From contig NW_019091356.1 of NCBI RefSeq assembly GCF_001949145.1, positions 861,660 to 925,659 on the forward strand: a DNA stretch of 64,000 nucleotides. Reading direction: 5' to 3'. Positions within the stretch are counted from its first letter, which is position 1; every line of letters begins with the position of its first letter. Shown one piece after another: positions 1-13,600 of this stretch. The translations under genes and the position numbers were made by a program. This DNA is from Acanthaster planci. Taxonomy: Eukaryota. The notes under the pieces were generated by a model. The model searched no databases, had not been told where the DNA came from, and was given only the letters and a program-made list of their open reading frames with translations.

Positions 1-52
1 AAATGTATATTAATATTAGCAAAAATGAGGTTCTTTCAACAACAATGCTTAC

Positions 53-156
53 CTCTCATGCATCCCTCGACAATCCGCACACATCTGCATAGTGTATTCT
101 CTGTGACTGCACCTCATGTGATAATAACAGGCGCAGCGTATTCGTGTAATGAACAT
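53..156 (-). CDS. Possible first coding exon of an unidentified gene that runs off the left edge, divergent from COMMD4
   Basis: Minus-strand ATG at 156-154 opens MFITRIRCACYYHMRCSHREYTMQMCADCRGMHE(R), which ends at a strong donor GAG|gtaagc (52-47). No homology recognised. Confidence 0.2.
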
Positions 157-200
157 TTATGTTGCTTTGGATATCAGTTCCCATAATTGTGACGGAAACG

Positions 201-484
201 GGTCAAGTGATCCCCCAAAATTGAAACTCTCAGTGGTCAAGTCGTCCCCTGGTCAAGTCGCCCCCCACTAGTTCTTACAAGTGTTGTCTGTGCATGTAAT
301 TTTCCTTTTAGGTGCATCAACCATAGAAGAGAAAGAAAAACAAGACAGAGACACATACATGTAATCACAGTTGGCATTCGTTCTATGCAGCCAGCTAGCT
401 GGTGGCTTTTGAAATCTACGGTGACCAAGATGTGCCATATATATTTATTAAAAGGGGATGACATGACTCGGGGATGACTTGACC
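201..484. mobile_element. MITE-like element with inverted subterminal repeats
   Basis: GGTCAAGT(C/G)(G/A)(T/C)CCCC motifs at 201, 235 and 251; inverted copies ggggatgacatgact (~454) and ggggatgacttgacc (470-484). No coding capacity. Confidence 0.5.
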
Positions 485-1062
485 AACATTCATTCCAACT
501 ACTCCCGCTAAGATTATGCATATGTATAGAGACGTCTGGGAAATCTGTGGTCAGGGAACCACACTAGTCACGTCGCGGCTCGACCATTTTGGAAGCAGGA
601 GGGAGGCAGCAATGTCAGGGTGCGCAATGTCAAGCTAGCTGTTTACACATGTTTTAATGTTTGATAAATACGTACTTCAGGGAGTGCTAATATTTTGTGA
701 AGATAGTATGGTTGTGAAGTTGTGAGACGAATAAAGTTTCTTTTTTCCATGCAATTGGGGGATATATTTATTGTAAAATGGTCGAGCCAACCTTTAATTA
801 GGCATGCATTTACAAATGTATAGGGGCTCTTGGCTATATGTCTGATTGCCTGTCTGTAGTTTTGATATCAGTTGATTGTTCAAGGTAGTGTTTGTGCCAC
901 GTACCAATCAAGCCAGTGTTGTCAAATTGTACCCCTAGAAACTGTGGGATCATTGTCTGCTGCACCCCAGATCAGTTTACAGATTAACTGCTAATTATTT
1001 CACCAGTTCAACCAAATAATGTTCTTTTATCATGCCGATTACCATTTCTTTTTTCCATTCAG

Positions 1063-4000
1063 AGGTTTCGCTTTTGTGGAGGGCTAGACTGCCCAGATTG
1101 GGTGCTAGCAGAAATTAGCATCTTATCCAAAATTGTGAGTATGATTTCCTTGAGTTATAATGTCAGTCTGAGAGGTTCAGTTAAAATAAAAAAAAGTACA
1201 TTTTATATAATGTTTTAAAAATAATGCAATTGAAATTACGGCATAGTGTCAGGGCAGTTGGTAAGAAGTAAATTAGCAGTACAGCAGTCAATGTATCCAT
1301 GTTGCATATGGAAAGGACCATTCAAATTGTCTTGAAGTTTTGTACTCAAATTTGCCTTTAACTGAAGCAAGGACGTTCAAGTTGAAAATTTGTAAACTTA
1401 TCAAAATAGCCTTCAGGGTGTGCAAAAAGACATTCAAGTATGACTGTGTCTACTAAACCTTGGTTTTGAGATGATGGCCATCACTGCAATTCTTATTATA
1501 GAATTTTTGAATAAAAATTATTCTAGAATTCCTTATTTTAGGCAGCCTCTAACCATTAAAACATGTTTTCGGTATCTTCTGATTTGCAGACGTCAGTGAA
1601 GATGAAGTTACTGTGTGCACAAGTCATCAAGGATCTGCTTGGAGATTGCATCGATGTGAGTTGTTACCTTTTTCTGAGGAATGCTTGTGATTCTATTTTG
1701 ACCGACGAATTCTTAAGGTGTTGATCATTGTGAACATCCGTGACAATTCTATCCTAAAACACAAGTAATATCTTTAGATTTGTATCAAAAATTTGTAAGT
1801 GGACAATCCCCTCCTTGGTTCTTCAGTTCCAACCCTCATGTTGGTTTTTCTTTCATTCGTTCAGTATGAAAAAGTATACAAGCTCACAGCTGATGCAAAA
1901 TATGGTGAGTCTCAGATTTGTTTTTCTGGAATAAAGTTATGAGTATTCTAGTAGTTTCTTGTATTCTGCGAGGTTTTTGTTCCTTATGAAATGATTTCAT
2001 CTTACCTGACCTGGCAATTTTATGCCATAAATTCAGGTCCTGAAATCTTCCAAAATCCACCATTTGGTCTGGCATTATTTTGATTTATTCGGGACTGTAT
2101 AGGTCAAGACCGCTTTTAGTCTACATAAGGGCTTGGTTTGATTGACCTACATGTACATAGAAATTCACCATTAGTTCCTTACACAGGGTTGTTTTTAAAG
2201 ATGCAAGAATTTTTCCAACAGAATTGACCAGGACGTCATTGTGTATGAATATGAAATTACTTCATACAGTTGTCTCATTTGATTTTTTGGCTATCTTTAG
2301 AAACCGGTGATGTAAAAGCCAGCATAGCAGCTCTGAATTTCATCCTATCCAGTGCGGCAAAGTACAACGTGGATGGGGAATCTCTGTCCAATGAACTGCA
2401 GCAACTTGGTCTTCCCAAAGGTGAGTTGAGGGTGTAGTTAGACCTAGGAGACTGGAGAAGTTGTGGATCAGAATGCTCTCGGGAGTAGGGAGGTAGTGTA
2501 AGGTTAGATGTGTTTTGCTAAAATTGTAAAGCTAGGTGGTTTCTTAGGTATATTTCATATATGGCCCATATATCTCAGACAGAAATCAGAATATTAACCC
2601 TAACCCTCCTCAATCCTTCACCTGTTGGAGGACTGAGGAGTGTTAGGGTTAAGAATATCAAGAAATATGGTGATAGGAGGAATACAGAAGAGCTCTGTTG
2701 ATACAGAGGTCTGGCAGCTTGGCTCATGTCTGATGTAGCCAATGTTCAGATCTTTCCTCAGCAGAAACTGTCTATCAAGCAATGTTTGCTTTAAGCAAGA
2801 ATCAGGTGAAACCAAGTCCCAAGTACTGTCCATTGGAAAGACGTTTTGCTCAGCAGTTTTGTGTTGGGGGTGGGAGAGGGGTTAGCCACGTGAAATCTTT
2901 ACTGTGCTTAGATTTATTTCCTCGCCATTCTCAGAGCACTCCGCAGCACTCTGTCGCTCCTACCAGGACAAACTAGAAGTGCTGCAACAGAGATTCAAAG
3001 AAGACAGCTTAAGAGGTAAGCATTTGGTGAAAAATGATCTTGGAAATTTTCAGAGCTCTTGAACACTATCTTGAGGATGGGTAGACATTTTTTCATTGGA
3101 ACCTGAAACGATTCTGTGAGAATAGGAGATAAACGCGTAAACCGTGGATGTAATCTCTCCCCAGTGTCAAAGCTGGACAATGTGGAGTGGAGAGTGGACT
3201 ACATTTTGGGTTCCAGCGAATTGAAAGATGTGAACGAACCCAGTGTGTGTCTTAGACTGCACATACGCAATCCGGACAATGGCTCTGTCAAGCCTACAAG
3301 CTTCAATATGTCGGCTGATAAGTTTAGGATCTTTCTCAGCGGTAAGTAGGTTAATAGGTCATCATTTGAAAGTGGAAAGAAGACTGAGAGAAGATTGGTG
3401 AGGGTGTACCATTTCATTTCTGAGGCCCTCATATTTTGTCTCTGAAGTAAGATCAGGTCTTCAGCTTAGAAGTCAAACAAAAATAATTTATAGGTAGACG
3501 CAATGTCTGTGGTGAAATGAACTTGACGCCATTCATCTCGTGAGTTTACTGAGAGATGATGCCAGTGAAATAAGTATTTACATTTATATATGTAGCAAGA
3601 CATCTTTGACTTGAATACACCTAGACCATGTAATTTGCTAATCTGTTGGCAACTGGTAGCCATGATATAACAGTAAATATAGATCTATTCTTTTTTGGTA
3701 TTGCCATGGTTGATATGATATTATGTTGTTTCATTTAATTCCATTCTTTTTCATAGGATGGAGTGGGACAACTCCATTTTTGGGGGGGGGTTATTTCTTG
3801 GCAGTTACGATTTAAGACAAGAGGCAGTAATAAGCGTTTCTTTTCTTGGGTTTAGAGCCTCGGGTCCGTTGGAAATAAAATCATAGAATGATAATGGGAA
3901 ACTCAGTGTCCGAGCGGCATTTAAGTCGCTTCAAGGATATCCTCGCAGCCTGTTACAAACGATCATGGGAGTTATGTCGTGAGTCACCAAAACCTCATGA

Positions 4001-4130
4001 GTATCAAAGCTCATTTCCCAAGTGCTGTTATGCAGGTAGAATTTAACTCGAGAGTCACCTGATTGTGTTCTGCTTTCTCCTTGCAGAGCTCAGACAGACA
4101 CAAAAGCTGATGGAAGGAATCACAACGTGA
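1063..4130 (+). CDS. COMMD4: COMM domain-containing protein 4 (Commander/CCC complex)
   Basis: GT-AG exons 1063-1134, 1590-1655, 1865-1904, 2301-2420, 2935-3015, 3165-3341 and 4087-4130 join in frame (199 codons + TGA): [19 protein letters not shown]...[16 protein letters not shown]...[12 protein letters not shown]...[21 protein letters not shown]. This matches recalled COMMD4 ([28 protein letters not shown] motif). The initiator ATG must lie in an upstream exon; candidates are ATG|gt at 708-710 and 778-780, unresolved. Confidence 0.95.
2594..2652. repeat. 27-bp hairpin with TTAGGG/CCCTAA-containing arms in a COMMD4 intron
   Basis: 2594-2620 pairs with 2626-2652 (24 Watson-Crick, 1 G-U, 2 mismatches), 5-nt loop. 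Confidence 0.7.
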
Positions 4131-4828
4131 TGCTGTATATTCCCCAAAAATGCATCTACCAATTAAGGGTGGGGCGTTTACATGTTTAAACAAAACAAGT
4201 TCCAAATCCATTGACAGATTTTCCCTAACATTTAAACGGAACTGCCCTTTAAGAGGTTTGACGTTTTGATTGATGCAATTTGTCATTTAGTTTTATCGTA
4301 AACAATGCCTATAAAAGGTAATCTGATTCTTGGAACACTTTTCCCTTTTGGCATCTATGTACTTGTCGAGAAAAAAGAGGATTCTAAAACACTAAACATT
4401 GCTTGTTTTAAATGCCCCACCATCAGTCTATATTGGTTTGACCATGTACATTGTTGAACTATATAATTATGCATAAATAAAAACTCTGAGGTAGGTGGCG
4501 GCAGCGTCTGGAAAGTGTTGGTTAAATGTTTAAATGGCATGGGAAAAATTTCTGACCATTTTTCAAATCAAACATAAATTCCCACCCTTACCACCAATGA
4601 CTTTTTATAATTTGCACTTTGTTTGGAGATATGACAAGTGACTGTATATTCATCCATATTATGTAATCGCATGACTACAATTCTCTATGCTATTATGTAA
4701 CTTTGACCATCAAATATAATTGCTGGTACGGTGTAGTAACCTCAGTTACATTGCATCTTTAGCCCTGACGGTATGTAATGTCATAAATGTAAGGGATTGT
4801 AAACAAACAAATCACAAGATGATTGTGA

Positions 4829-4850
4829 AATAAAATGAAGCTTCTTTATT
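4829..4850. terminator. Convergent polyadenylation signals (candidate COMMD4 and SHMT 3' ends)
   Basis: AATAAA on + at 4829-4834 and on - at 4850-4845, between the two convergent genes. Other hexamers are also present in the interval. Confidence 0.4.
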
Positions 4851-7635
4851 TCAGGAGCAAAAAAACTTACAAAGTGCAACACTGTGATTAAAGATACATG
4901 AACAATCAAGCATAAAGCAAAAATATTCTTTTAAATGGAAGCACGGATCTACCTTTGATAACTGATATATACTACAACACCTTGGTAAAGTTACAATCTG
5001 CCCAGCACCGAGTGTTTCAGAAATGTATGGGCTATTCTGTCAGGGGCTGGTATATTTTTTTCACAATACCCATCCTGCCTACAGGGCATTTTCCAACAGG
5101 GGACTTAGAATGCCGACAATTCTCTAATTGGGAACACACACTTTCCTGAGATTCCCCTTGTGACATCCCGACCTATTCCGCAGTCTGGTCCACTAGGAAG
5201 CTTGATCTTGATTACCAGCAGGAACATGTCTTCCTCAAAAATGAATCATTCCAAAAAGAAACAAAGTCAGTCTTAACTCAAAGCACTCTGTCCCAACATG
5301 ACTTAGTTTGGGCTGTGCCTTGTTAATGTTTGAAATCGCCAATTTTTTTTTCTCCTTTTTAACTGTTAAATCTTAACTCCCATTAGATTGATTAAGGACT
5401 GCTAGGGTTTAACATTATGCCTTCAGTAGTTCTTTACAAAAAAGGTCAGAAATGAATTTCTAACTGAAAAGGATGATTACTGTGCTAGTTTACAATAAGT
5501 TTCAGATAAATGGCAGGTGTAAATCTGCTTATATGCTATTTGACAATGACAACTCCTGTCATTTGTATTTCTTCTTTGGCATTTCAGCACAAATGCATGC
5601 AGCTGGAAGGAAATCAACGAAATCTGGCAAAACATGCTGCTTTAAAATATTCTTTTAGTTACGGCATTAATCTGTCATTTTAGCACTCAGTAGCTGTACA
5701 GCTGGTAAATCCAAGAATTCAATAAATTAAATCCATTAAAGGAAGCTCAAAGCTCAAAGGAGTAGAAATAAAGCCCACATAATTCAAATTAAATGATACA
5801 GAATGGCAGATAAGCATTTCAGCTAACACTTTCTAATGCACAATTTCAAGCAAATCACACTTTTGTTGTCAAGAGTACAAGTAAAATCCTTGCTTTGAAT
5901 TTTTTCAACGAGGTTATAACCAAAATATGTGAGGTTGAATAAAAACCTACATTTATTTTTCATTTTCAACAGCCCAGCAATTTTGTTTCCCCTCAAACTT
6001 TAAGACAGGACGAAATAAAACTATAACAAATATTTCCATCAGATTATTTGACCAATGCAGAATATCTTAATCTTTGCACCTTTTTTTTGTACTTGCCAGT
6101 TTATACTTCAGTCAAATGCAAAAGTGAAGTGCATTTGACGTCACAGACAATTTGCAGCAAAATTTTGCTCATGTTAAAGGGTGTTCAACTTTTACAAATT
6201 TGCGAAGCGAATAGTTAATCTGACTTCACAAATTTACTTTTATGTTCACTTTTACGTGAAGCATGAACCAACCTTTAAACTGTTGTGACTGGCCGACTGT
6301 GATAGTGGCGAGGATAGAGATATTTCAATTACACATAACGCCAACATTTGTACTAGGCAGAGCTAAAATCATAAAGGGAACAAAAGCAGAAATGCTGCTT
6401 AGCAAAACCAAATGCCATTGCGATGTCCACAGGAAGCAAATTACAAGCACTACACTTTTGTAACAATCTGGCTGGTGGTTTGTATTTAGCAAAGTTTAAC
6501 ACCGCCTGGTCTTCTGCTTTATAAACAAGTGCTTCATACATCTTCACTTGTGCCAGTTCTGCAAATTAAAGAAACAGCAACACTTTGCCTTCTCATAGAC
6601 ATCCACAGACAATAGAGGGTTGCATGGCTGCCATCTTGCAGGCCAGTGCTTTTGTTCTACAGAATCAACACAAAGGAGGTTTCTCTGTGGAACAAAAGAA
6701 GTGCCCTGCAAGATGGCTACCACGCAAAGCCTCCACACTAACTCCAACAATAACCACACCTCATCTCATTACTTCACTTGAGAATCTTTCAGCTTGAAGC
6801 AACATGGCCAATCCAACAATGGAGTAGCGTCTGATTATAGTGTTGTATACTACTATTTGACTATACATTTCCAACACTCAAGGGGGAACCATAATGATAA
6901 CCCAAGATTTCTACACTTTGACAACCTTGTCTTCCATTAAAAAAAGTCATTCTGAAGAATAAAGATACATATGGAGAATACTTATCACCGTGTTAATTGT
7001 ACCATGCCTTACAATTTAAATCTGAACATTAAACTGGTCACTACTAATTTCCTTAAGAGAATGATTTAATATATTTTAATGCCCAAATGCATCTTAATAA
7101 CGCTGTTAATTTAACAGCTGTCACTCTTGAGAAAGTTATAACTTGAATAAATTTCTGAAAACTGAGTTTGTCATCTTGTATTGACTACAATTCTATTAGA
7201 GATGTTTTTGCTATCTGATGCTTCTCAAAAAGTTATACCTTAAAAAGTTGTTTAGGACCTTGAGGTACATATAAACCACCAAGTACTTCTCAAAATGACT
7301 CATCCGGCTGTTTGTGATCACCTCATTTTATTCAATGAGGTGTCATTTTTGCTATCAGCCTGGATGAGTTTTCTTGAACGAACATGCCACCTCGGGGTAT
7401 TGATTAGTATTTCAGTAATGACAGTTCTTTGTGTAAATGACAAATGTTTCTCACGAGCAATGATGAAAATGAGTAATACCTTGAGGTGACACAGAGATGA
7501 GGTAAAATGTTTAGGAATGAGCAACAATTGTTGGAAAGTGATAAAATTTGGTGAGTAAGCTATACTCAAGTGAGTCATACACTTGGAGTGAGTTTCATGT
7601 TCAAGAATGAGTCATCCACAATTCCCGTGCCGGGA

Positions 7636-10600
7636 CTAAAAGTTGTCATATCCCGGCATGGGGAACTGTGCTGCAAAGTCCTCCACCTCCTGACGCAGTT
7701 TGGCGATTTGCTCTACAATATCCTTGTTTGTCTCCGCAACCTCATAGAAGGCCTTGTCATCAGCACCTACAGAACAAACAATAATATACATGTACTGGTC
7801 AAATCTCCTGTAAGTTTGCGCAACTTTCTCCAACCTCTGTAAATACACAGGACATCACTGCCAACAATCGTCCACTATTTTAAAAAGATAGAATCTGAAA
7901 ATTCAAAGTTCTTGTCAATATACCAGAGATCTTCTTGGCATCCTGTCCAATACCAATGCTACGATCAATGAAATCAATGACTTGGATGAAATCGCCTTCC
8001 TTCAACTTGCGGGAAGTCAGAGCAGGGGATCCTATGAACCAAGCAAAAAAATGAATGGAAATAATGGAATGGATACAAATAACACCGATCATTTCCCCAC
8101 AAATAAGTTGATCCTCAATTTTAAAATCAAAGGAAACTTATTGTATTGTGTCATTCTCAAACTAACACACCAGTCTTTCCAAGATTTGTAAGCATCAGGA
8201 TTTTGATGACATAAAAAGCACTTTACTGTGAAACGAACCAGACCCGAAACACCCAATTCACTGCTTTGGAAGACAAGAAGTTTGCCTGTTCTCCATCAAA
8301 TGATTCAGGCCGATGAGCCAGTGACATAAGATACACTGGAAGAAACTTGGGTTTCAAACAAACCCACATGACTTCTGCTTTGTGTCTTTAAGAACTTTTT
8401 TTAAACAATATCTGAAAGCAGCGTGAATATTAACCCAGTCGGAGACCGCTTGGATGCAGGGCGCTCTTGTCGCCTGGGCATGTGTTCTTGTTGACAGATA
8501 TGGCGCAGAGTTCTAAGATGTGCTCTGCTTTGGCCCCGTCAATTCCTTTAGAGTGGAGATCCACCAAGACCAGATGGTTGTCAGTGCCTCCTGTATGAAA
8601 AACGAACACCATTGTCAATGCACAGCTATTTCGCGTCCTCTTCTTTTTGATGTTTTATTTGAGGAATCCTTTGCTTGATTAGTCTTCTGGAAGCGGACAT
8701 GATTCTCTAGACCATGTACAAAGCTTTGAATGCACTTTTAACCTTAACGCGATTCACCCAGATCCAACAAAATCAACCAAGTTTGTGGGATTTTGACGGA
8801 ATTAGGAAAGCAAAGTACTGCCACTATTCCTTTATGCCAGTGGTGAGTTTGGGAGAATTTAAGAATTTGTCTCGAGAGTTATGGTCAAAGTTTCATGAAC
8901 CTTTTGGTACTTACCGGACACCAGGGAGTATCCCTTGGCAAGAAGTGCATTAGCCATGGCCTGAGCATTCAAGACGGTCTGGCGTTGGTGATCCTTGAAC
9001 ACGGGAGACATCGACTGTGAAAAATCAGGCAGGGGAGTTAGGATGCTTTCAAATCATTGAGGGGTTCCCAGCATTCACTTGTTTTGACTCCTTACGAGAG
9101 TCTGGTTCCTCGTGTTCACATATACTGAAGAGAAAGGGGAACTGTTTAAACAAGTTCGTCATCAAAGAATCCATGCACAAATAAAACACTTGACTACTTA
9201 TTTTCGCACAATTCAATTGACACGCATCCAATCTGCTCCAAGCAGGAATAAGAGATGGCATGTTCTTGCACAGGAACGAATGACACCCCTTTCGTGGGAA
9301 TTCAGAAACAAGTTCAGGCACCTCTGATGCGGGATGTGGCGACGAGCAAACACAACCAGTTTCTGCCGAAATATACAGTCTGTGAAATCTACTTCAACAA
9401 TCAGCAGCCTGTCCGTATGTTATCAGTAAGGGGGGGGGGACTTCTACTCCGTGTAGATAGGCCTACTCATTGGATGCTATGATGGAAATCTCCTTTTTCC
9501 ACTGGAAAGAAAGTTAGGGGTGGAATTGGATTGAGAGGGAAGGGGGAGTGAACGTGAACCATCGTGAGTAACTTACTTGCTTCATGGCCACAGCAATGGC
9601 TCCAATGTTGTTGTTATGAGGTCCTCCTTGCAGAGCTGGGAAGACAGCATTATTGATTTTTCTCTCAAAGTCATACATGATGTCTTTGCCCGTCTTCTTA
9701 TTGACTCCCTTCTTACCGCGACGGTAGAAGATCAAGCCCGACCTAGAACCCAACGAATTACACAACAGTGAGCTGGGTATTTGGAGACTTGGAAAAACGT
9801 CAATAATGCGAGGATAAGGATCAAATTCTTTTCATGTCTGTCAAATTGTGGGTTTTTTTGCTACCAAATTAGCACTGACGAATTGTTGCATGGTAAACTA
9901 TTTGGTTGCTCCTTAAATCTAAGCCTGACTACATCAAAACAAACACCACTTTCATTCTCATAGCACTACATTTTGAGGATGCCTTCCATCTCGAGCTCCA
10001 CATTTTGTGGTATCCTGAAAATCCATCAAACATCCCACAAAGTATTTGAAGATTTGAAAAGGTTACGGGCAACTTGCTGAGCTATTAACATATTTTGCAT
10101 TTCAAACAATAGTCAAAGATGGCAGTTATGATTTAAGCTTGAGATTTCCAGTGAGCTTGTTGTTACCTTGGCCCTCTAAGTGTCTTGTGAGTTGTGGTGG
10201 TCACGACTTCGGAGTAGTCAAATGGTGAGGGAAGAACTTTGGCCGCAACGAGACCGCTGATGTGCGCCATATCAGACATCATAATTGCCTTAACTTCATC
10301 ACATATCTTAAAGAGTTAAAAACACGAAACCTACTTTGTTTTGAAAAATATTGCTAGAAGAAATTCAACAGTGATTTAAATGGGCATTCATATGGTCTGC
10401 AGCCATCTCATTCTCAATTGTTTGCCATTAGCAAGTGCCAACTTTTGTCTGTACCCAGACTAATTACTATTTTACATAAAGCATGGCTTTATTTCCTTCA
10501 CATGAAATAAATCATGAAATCAAATTCCCGTGATAGGACTCTTTTGATTTGAATGTATACTGTTTATTTTGCTATATCCATTTGATTCCTCTATGCTTCT

Positions 10601-13600
10601 CAAAAATACAACACCTAAACCTTAAAACAAATACCACTTTAACTTTTCAAATGTGCATGCCTTGTGCACAAATGTCAACCATGTGTTTGGTCAGCTGTTC
10701 CACTGTACATGTACATGTACCCTGGCCAACAAGGTTATCATGCAAATACAGAAAATGTTGGATCAGGCATGTCCTCATTGAGTGTACCTCTCTGAATCTC
10801 TTGTAATCAATTCTACGCGGGTAAGCACTGTATCCAGCAATGAGGAGTCGTGGGCGGAACAACCGGGAGGTTTCTTCCAACTTGTCGTAGTCTATCAGAC
10901 CTGTCTTGATCTGGAACAGCAACAACCATCAACAAGCACCTTTATGAATCATTATCAACCAAATGTCACCAGTGGGATTTATACTTGTTAACTTCTGCTT
11001 GTACTTATACTTGTTATTGAACATTTTCTGTCTAAAACTTGTCCTTTATCTTCTTTTTGAAATCCCTCTTCACTCATTTTATTCTCCATTCTCTTCATCT
11101 TGTACTTTCTAGTTTTAAATTTTTCAGTTGCCAAGTCGAACTCAAATCAAATTTCCCCAGCTCATTTTTTGTTGCATTCTTCAAGCTCCTCTTTCTTTAT
11201 CAACATCCACCATTAGTCATTGAGAACAATTTAACACCTATCTAGGTGGCTCCGATATTATCATAAATGCATCTGAATCAGTGTGTTTACCACGTTGACT
11301 GCCGTGCATAATGTCAAATGGGCACTGCCATTAATTGCCAAATGTTGTATGCATGCGTGCATATTTAAAAGGTACCTTCCAGGTGTCTGTTTAAACATGA
11401 GCATTTTATGGATGTTTACGCCCTCCACACTGCCAGCAGCACATTCGTTGTGATCTCGGTGATGCTGGTGTATTCAATTTACATAATAATAGCTTTTCCT
11501 TCCTATGAGTATACTCACAGGGGCAGAATCCAGTACACCTGTGACTATGAGTACATGTATACTCGTAATCGGCAGTCAACGTGTTAATCTCCTGATGGAA
11601 AAGCGGGCATAAATGGAGTTTTGCTTACATCAAGTCTGTAGGGCATGGACTCAAAAAAGATGGAGGTTGCTGAAATTCTAGCAGTGTCGGTCATAAAGCC
11701 ATGTGTTAAACTGTAAGATTAGAAAAGGGAGGACAGATGCTGAAACAAGTCCATGTTTTGAATGGGTGATGGTTGGCTCTTAAATGGCACATAAATTGCT
11801 CCATTTGTAGTGTTTGAATTCTGTGCTTCAAAGTCAATGGTTACCCAGGTAGGGTGCTTGAATTACACAGACATGCATGTACATGGCAAGTTGCATTACG
11901 GTCACTCCGGGTGCAGTTCTCTGACTTACTGTCCTCCATGAGGGAGGTCCAGCCCCATGATGCGGTCGTGAGGTTTCAGCAGGCCAGTATACACAGCCAA
12001 GTTGGCGGGAGAGCCTGAGTAAGGCTGGACGTTGACGCCCCATTTCTCCGGATCTAGATCAAAGGCTTCTAGGGCACGCTTCTGGCACAGACGTTCCACT
12101 TTGTCAATCACTTCTGTTCCTCCATAATATCTGCAGACAAAGAGATGGTTTCAGTGTAAATGTACTCATTACCCGCCATGTGGTCATGATGGTTTTTAAC
12201 AGTCAAAGAAAATTTGACATTTCAACCAGCACTGTGCATTTTAGTACATTTTATTCTCATGTACTTAATGTTTTTCCTACATACTTTGAGGACCATTTTG
12301 AGAAAGAAACAAGAACAAAAACACAATGGATGCAATACTTCGTTGTTCCATCATTTTTGTGAAGACCAAACACTTATCAAAGCTTTAAGACCAAAAAGAG
12401 AATAGCTTTTGTTTTTCAGCTTTCTGGGTCACATATGAAATACTCCTGACTGACAATTTCCACAGCCTTCAAAGGCACTTCCCCTTTTGAAATCAATAAT
12501 ACTCTTTATGTAAATCTGTCCATGAATCAGACTGGTACGTGTTCTGTATTTCCTACTTGGGGGGTAACAGAGGGGGGAGAGTGTGTATTGTTACTTGAAG
12601 TTGGAGCACAGACACTAGTTACAGTAACAATGTCAGTCAACAAACATAGAAACAAGTATACATTACATGCTATGCTGAATGTGTAATAAACAAACGCGTT
12701 CAATTTGTAATATGCAATGTACGCTCCTGTTCTGCAACACGCTTAGAATGTGCAACGGGCATCCTGTCAAGAAAAACACACTGCATTTCCTGCATGAGTA
12801 ATACACTCAAGACTGTTGGCTAAGTTATGAAGTGGTTTAGGACACTGCAAAACATAACAGGCTGCAGGAAAAGATAGACATCATAATGGTTTTCCTCTGC
12901 AGCATTTATCTTTATATGACTTCTTTTTCACTGAGTGGAGACCTTGACTTTCAAAAAAGGCTACATTGAAGTGGCTTTGCACTTCTTGTTTACGATAAAA
13001 TGTATTCCAAAATCAATCACACACACTGTCAGGCAGTGTTATATCATATCAATTTGAGTTAGGATTGAGGAGTATGATTTTAGAATCATGTTCCATGATT
13101 CATAATACATATATAGTATATGTCAATGGTGTATTTCTACTTTTACGGCCAACTGCAAGAGAGCATTAGTTTACCATCACTACACAATTCAAATTGACCA
13201 TCGAACTGATTTGCTCTGAATTGATTTGTAAACTTAAGAAACAAATCTTTGGGGGATTTGCGGCACAAAATAGGCAAAAAATAGAATACTTTGCTTTTAG
13301 AACGAAGTATCTGCACATCAGGGCAATCCTGGATGCCATTTTATCATGTAAATAGGTACATCTGGAAAGAAGTTTCTATAGTTTAATCAAATCATCCTGA
13401 AAACTGCGTTTAAAAGTGTCCAATTTCATCCGTTCGTCATTAAGTGAAATTCAATAAGAAATGGCTGACATAAGAAAAACCATGTTAAGCTTGGATATGA
13501 AAAAGCTTTTATATAGAATGAATTTATTTTCTGTTGGATCTATCTTGGTGACACGTCTTAATTACCAGTAGTTCTTCTTTCTGCTAAAACTGAAAACCTT

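Noticed and set aside
7767..7848. Longer final SHMT exon suggested by the ORF track ([11 protein letters not shown]...)
   Set aside because: The acceptor at 7767 gives the correct phase and a length matching SHMT C-termini; the extension is intronic.
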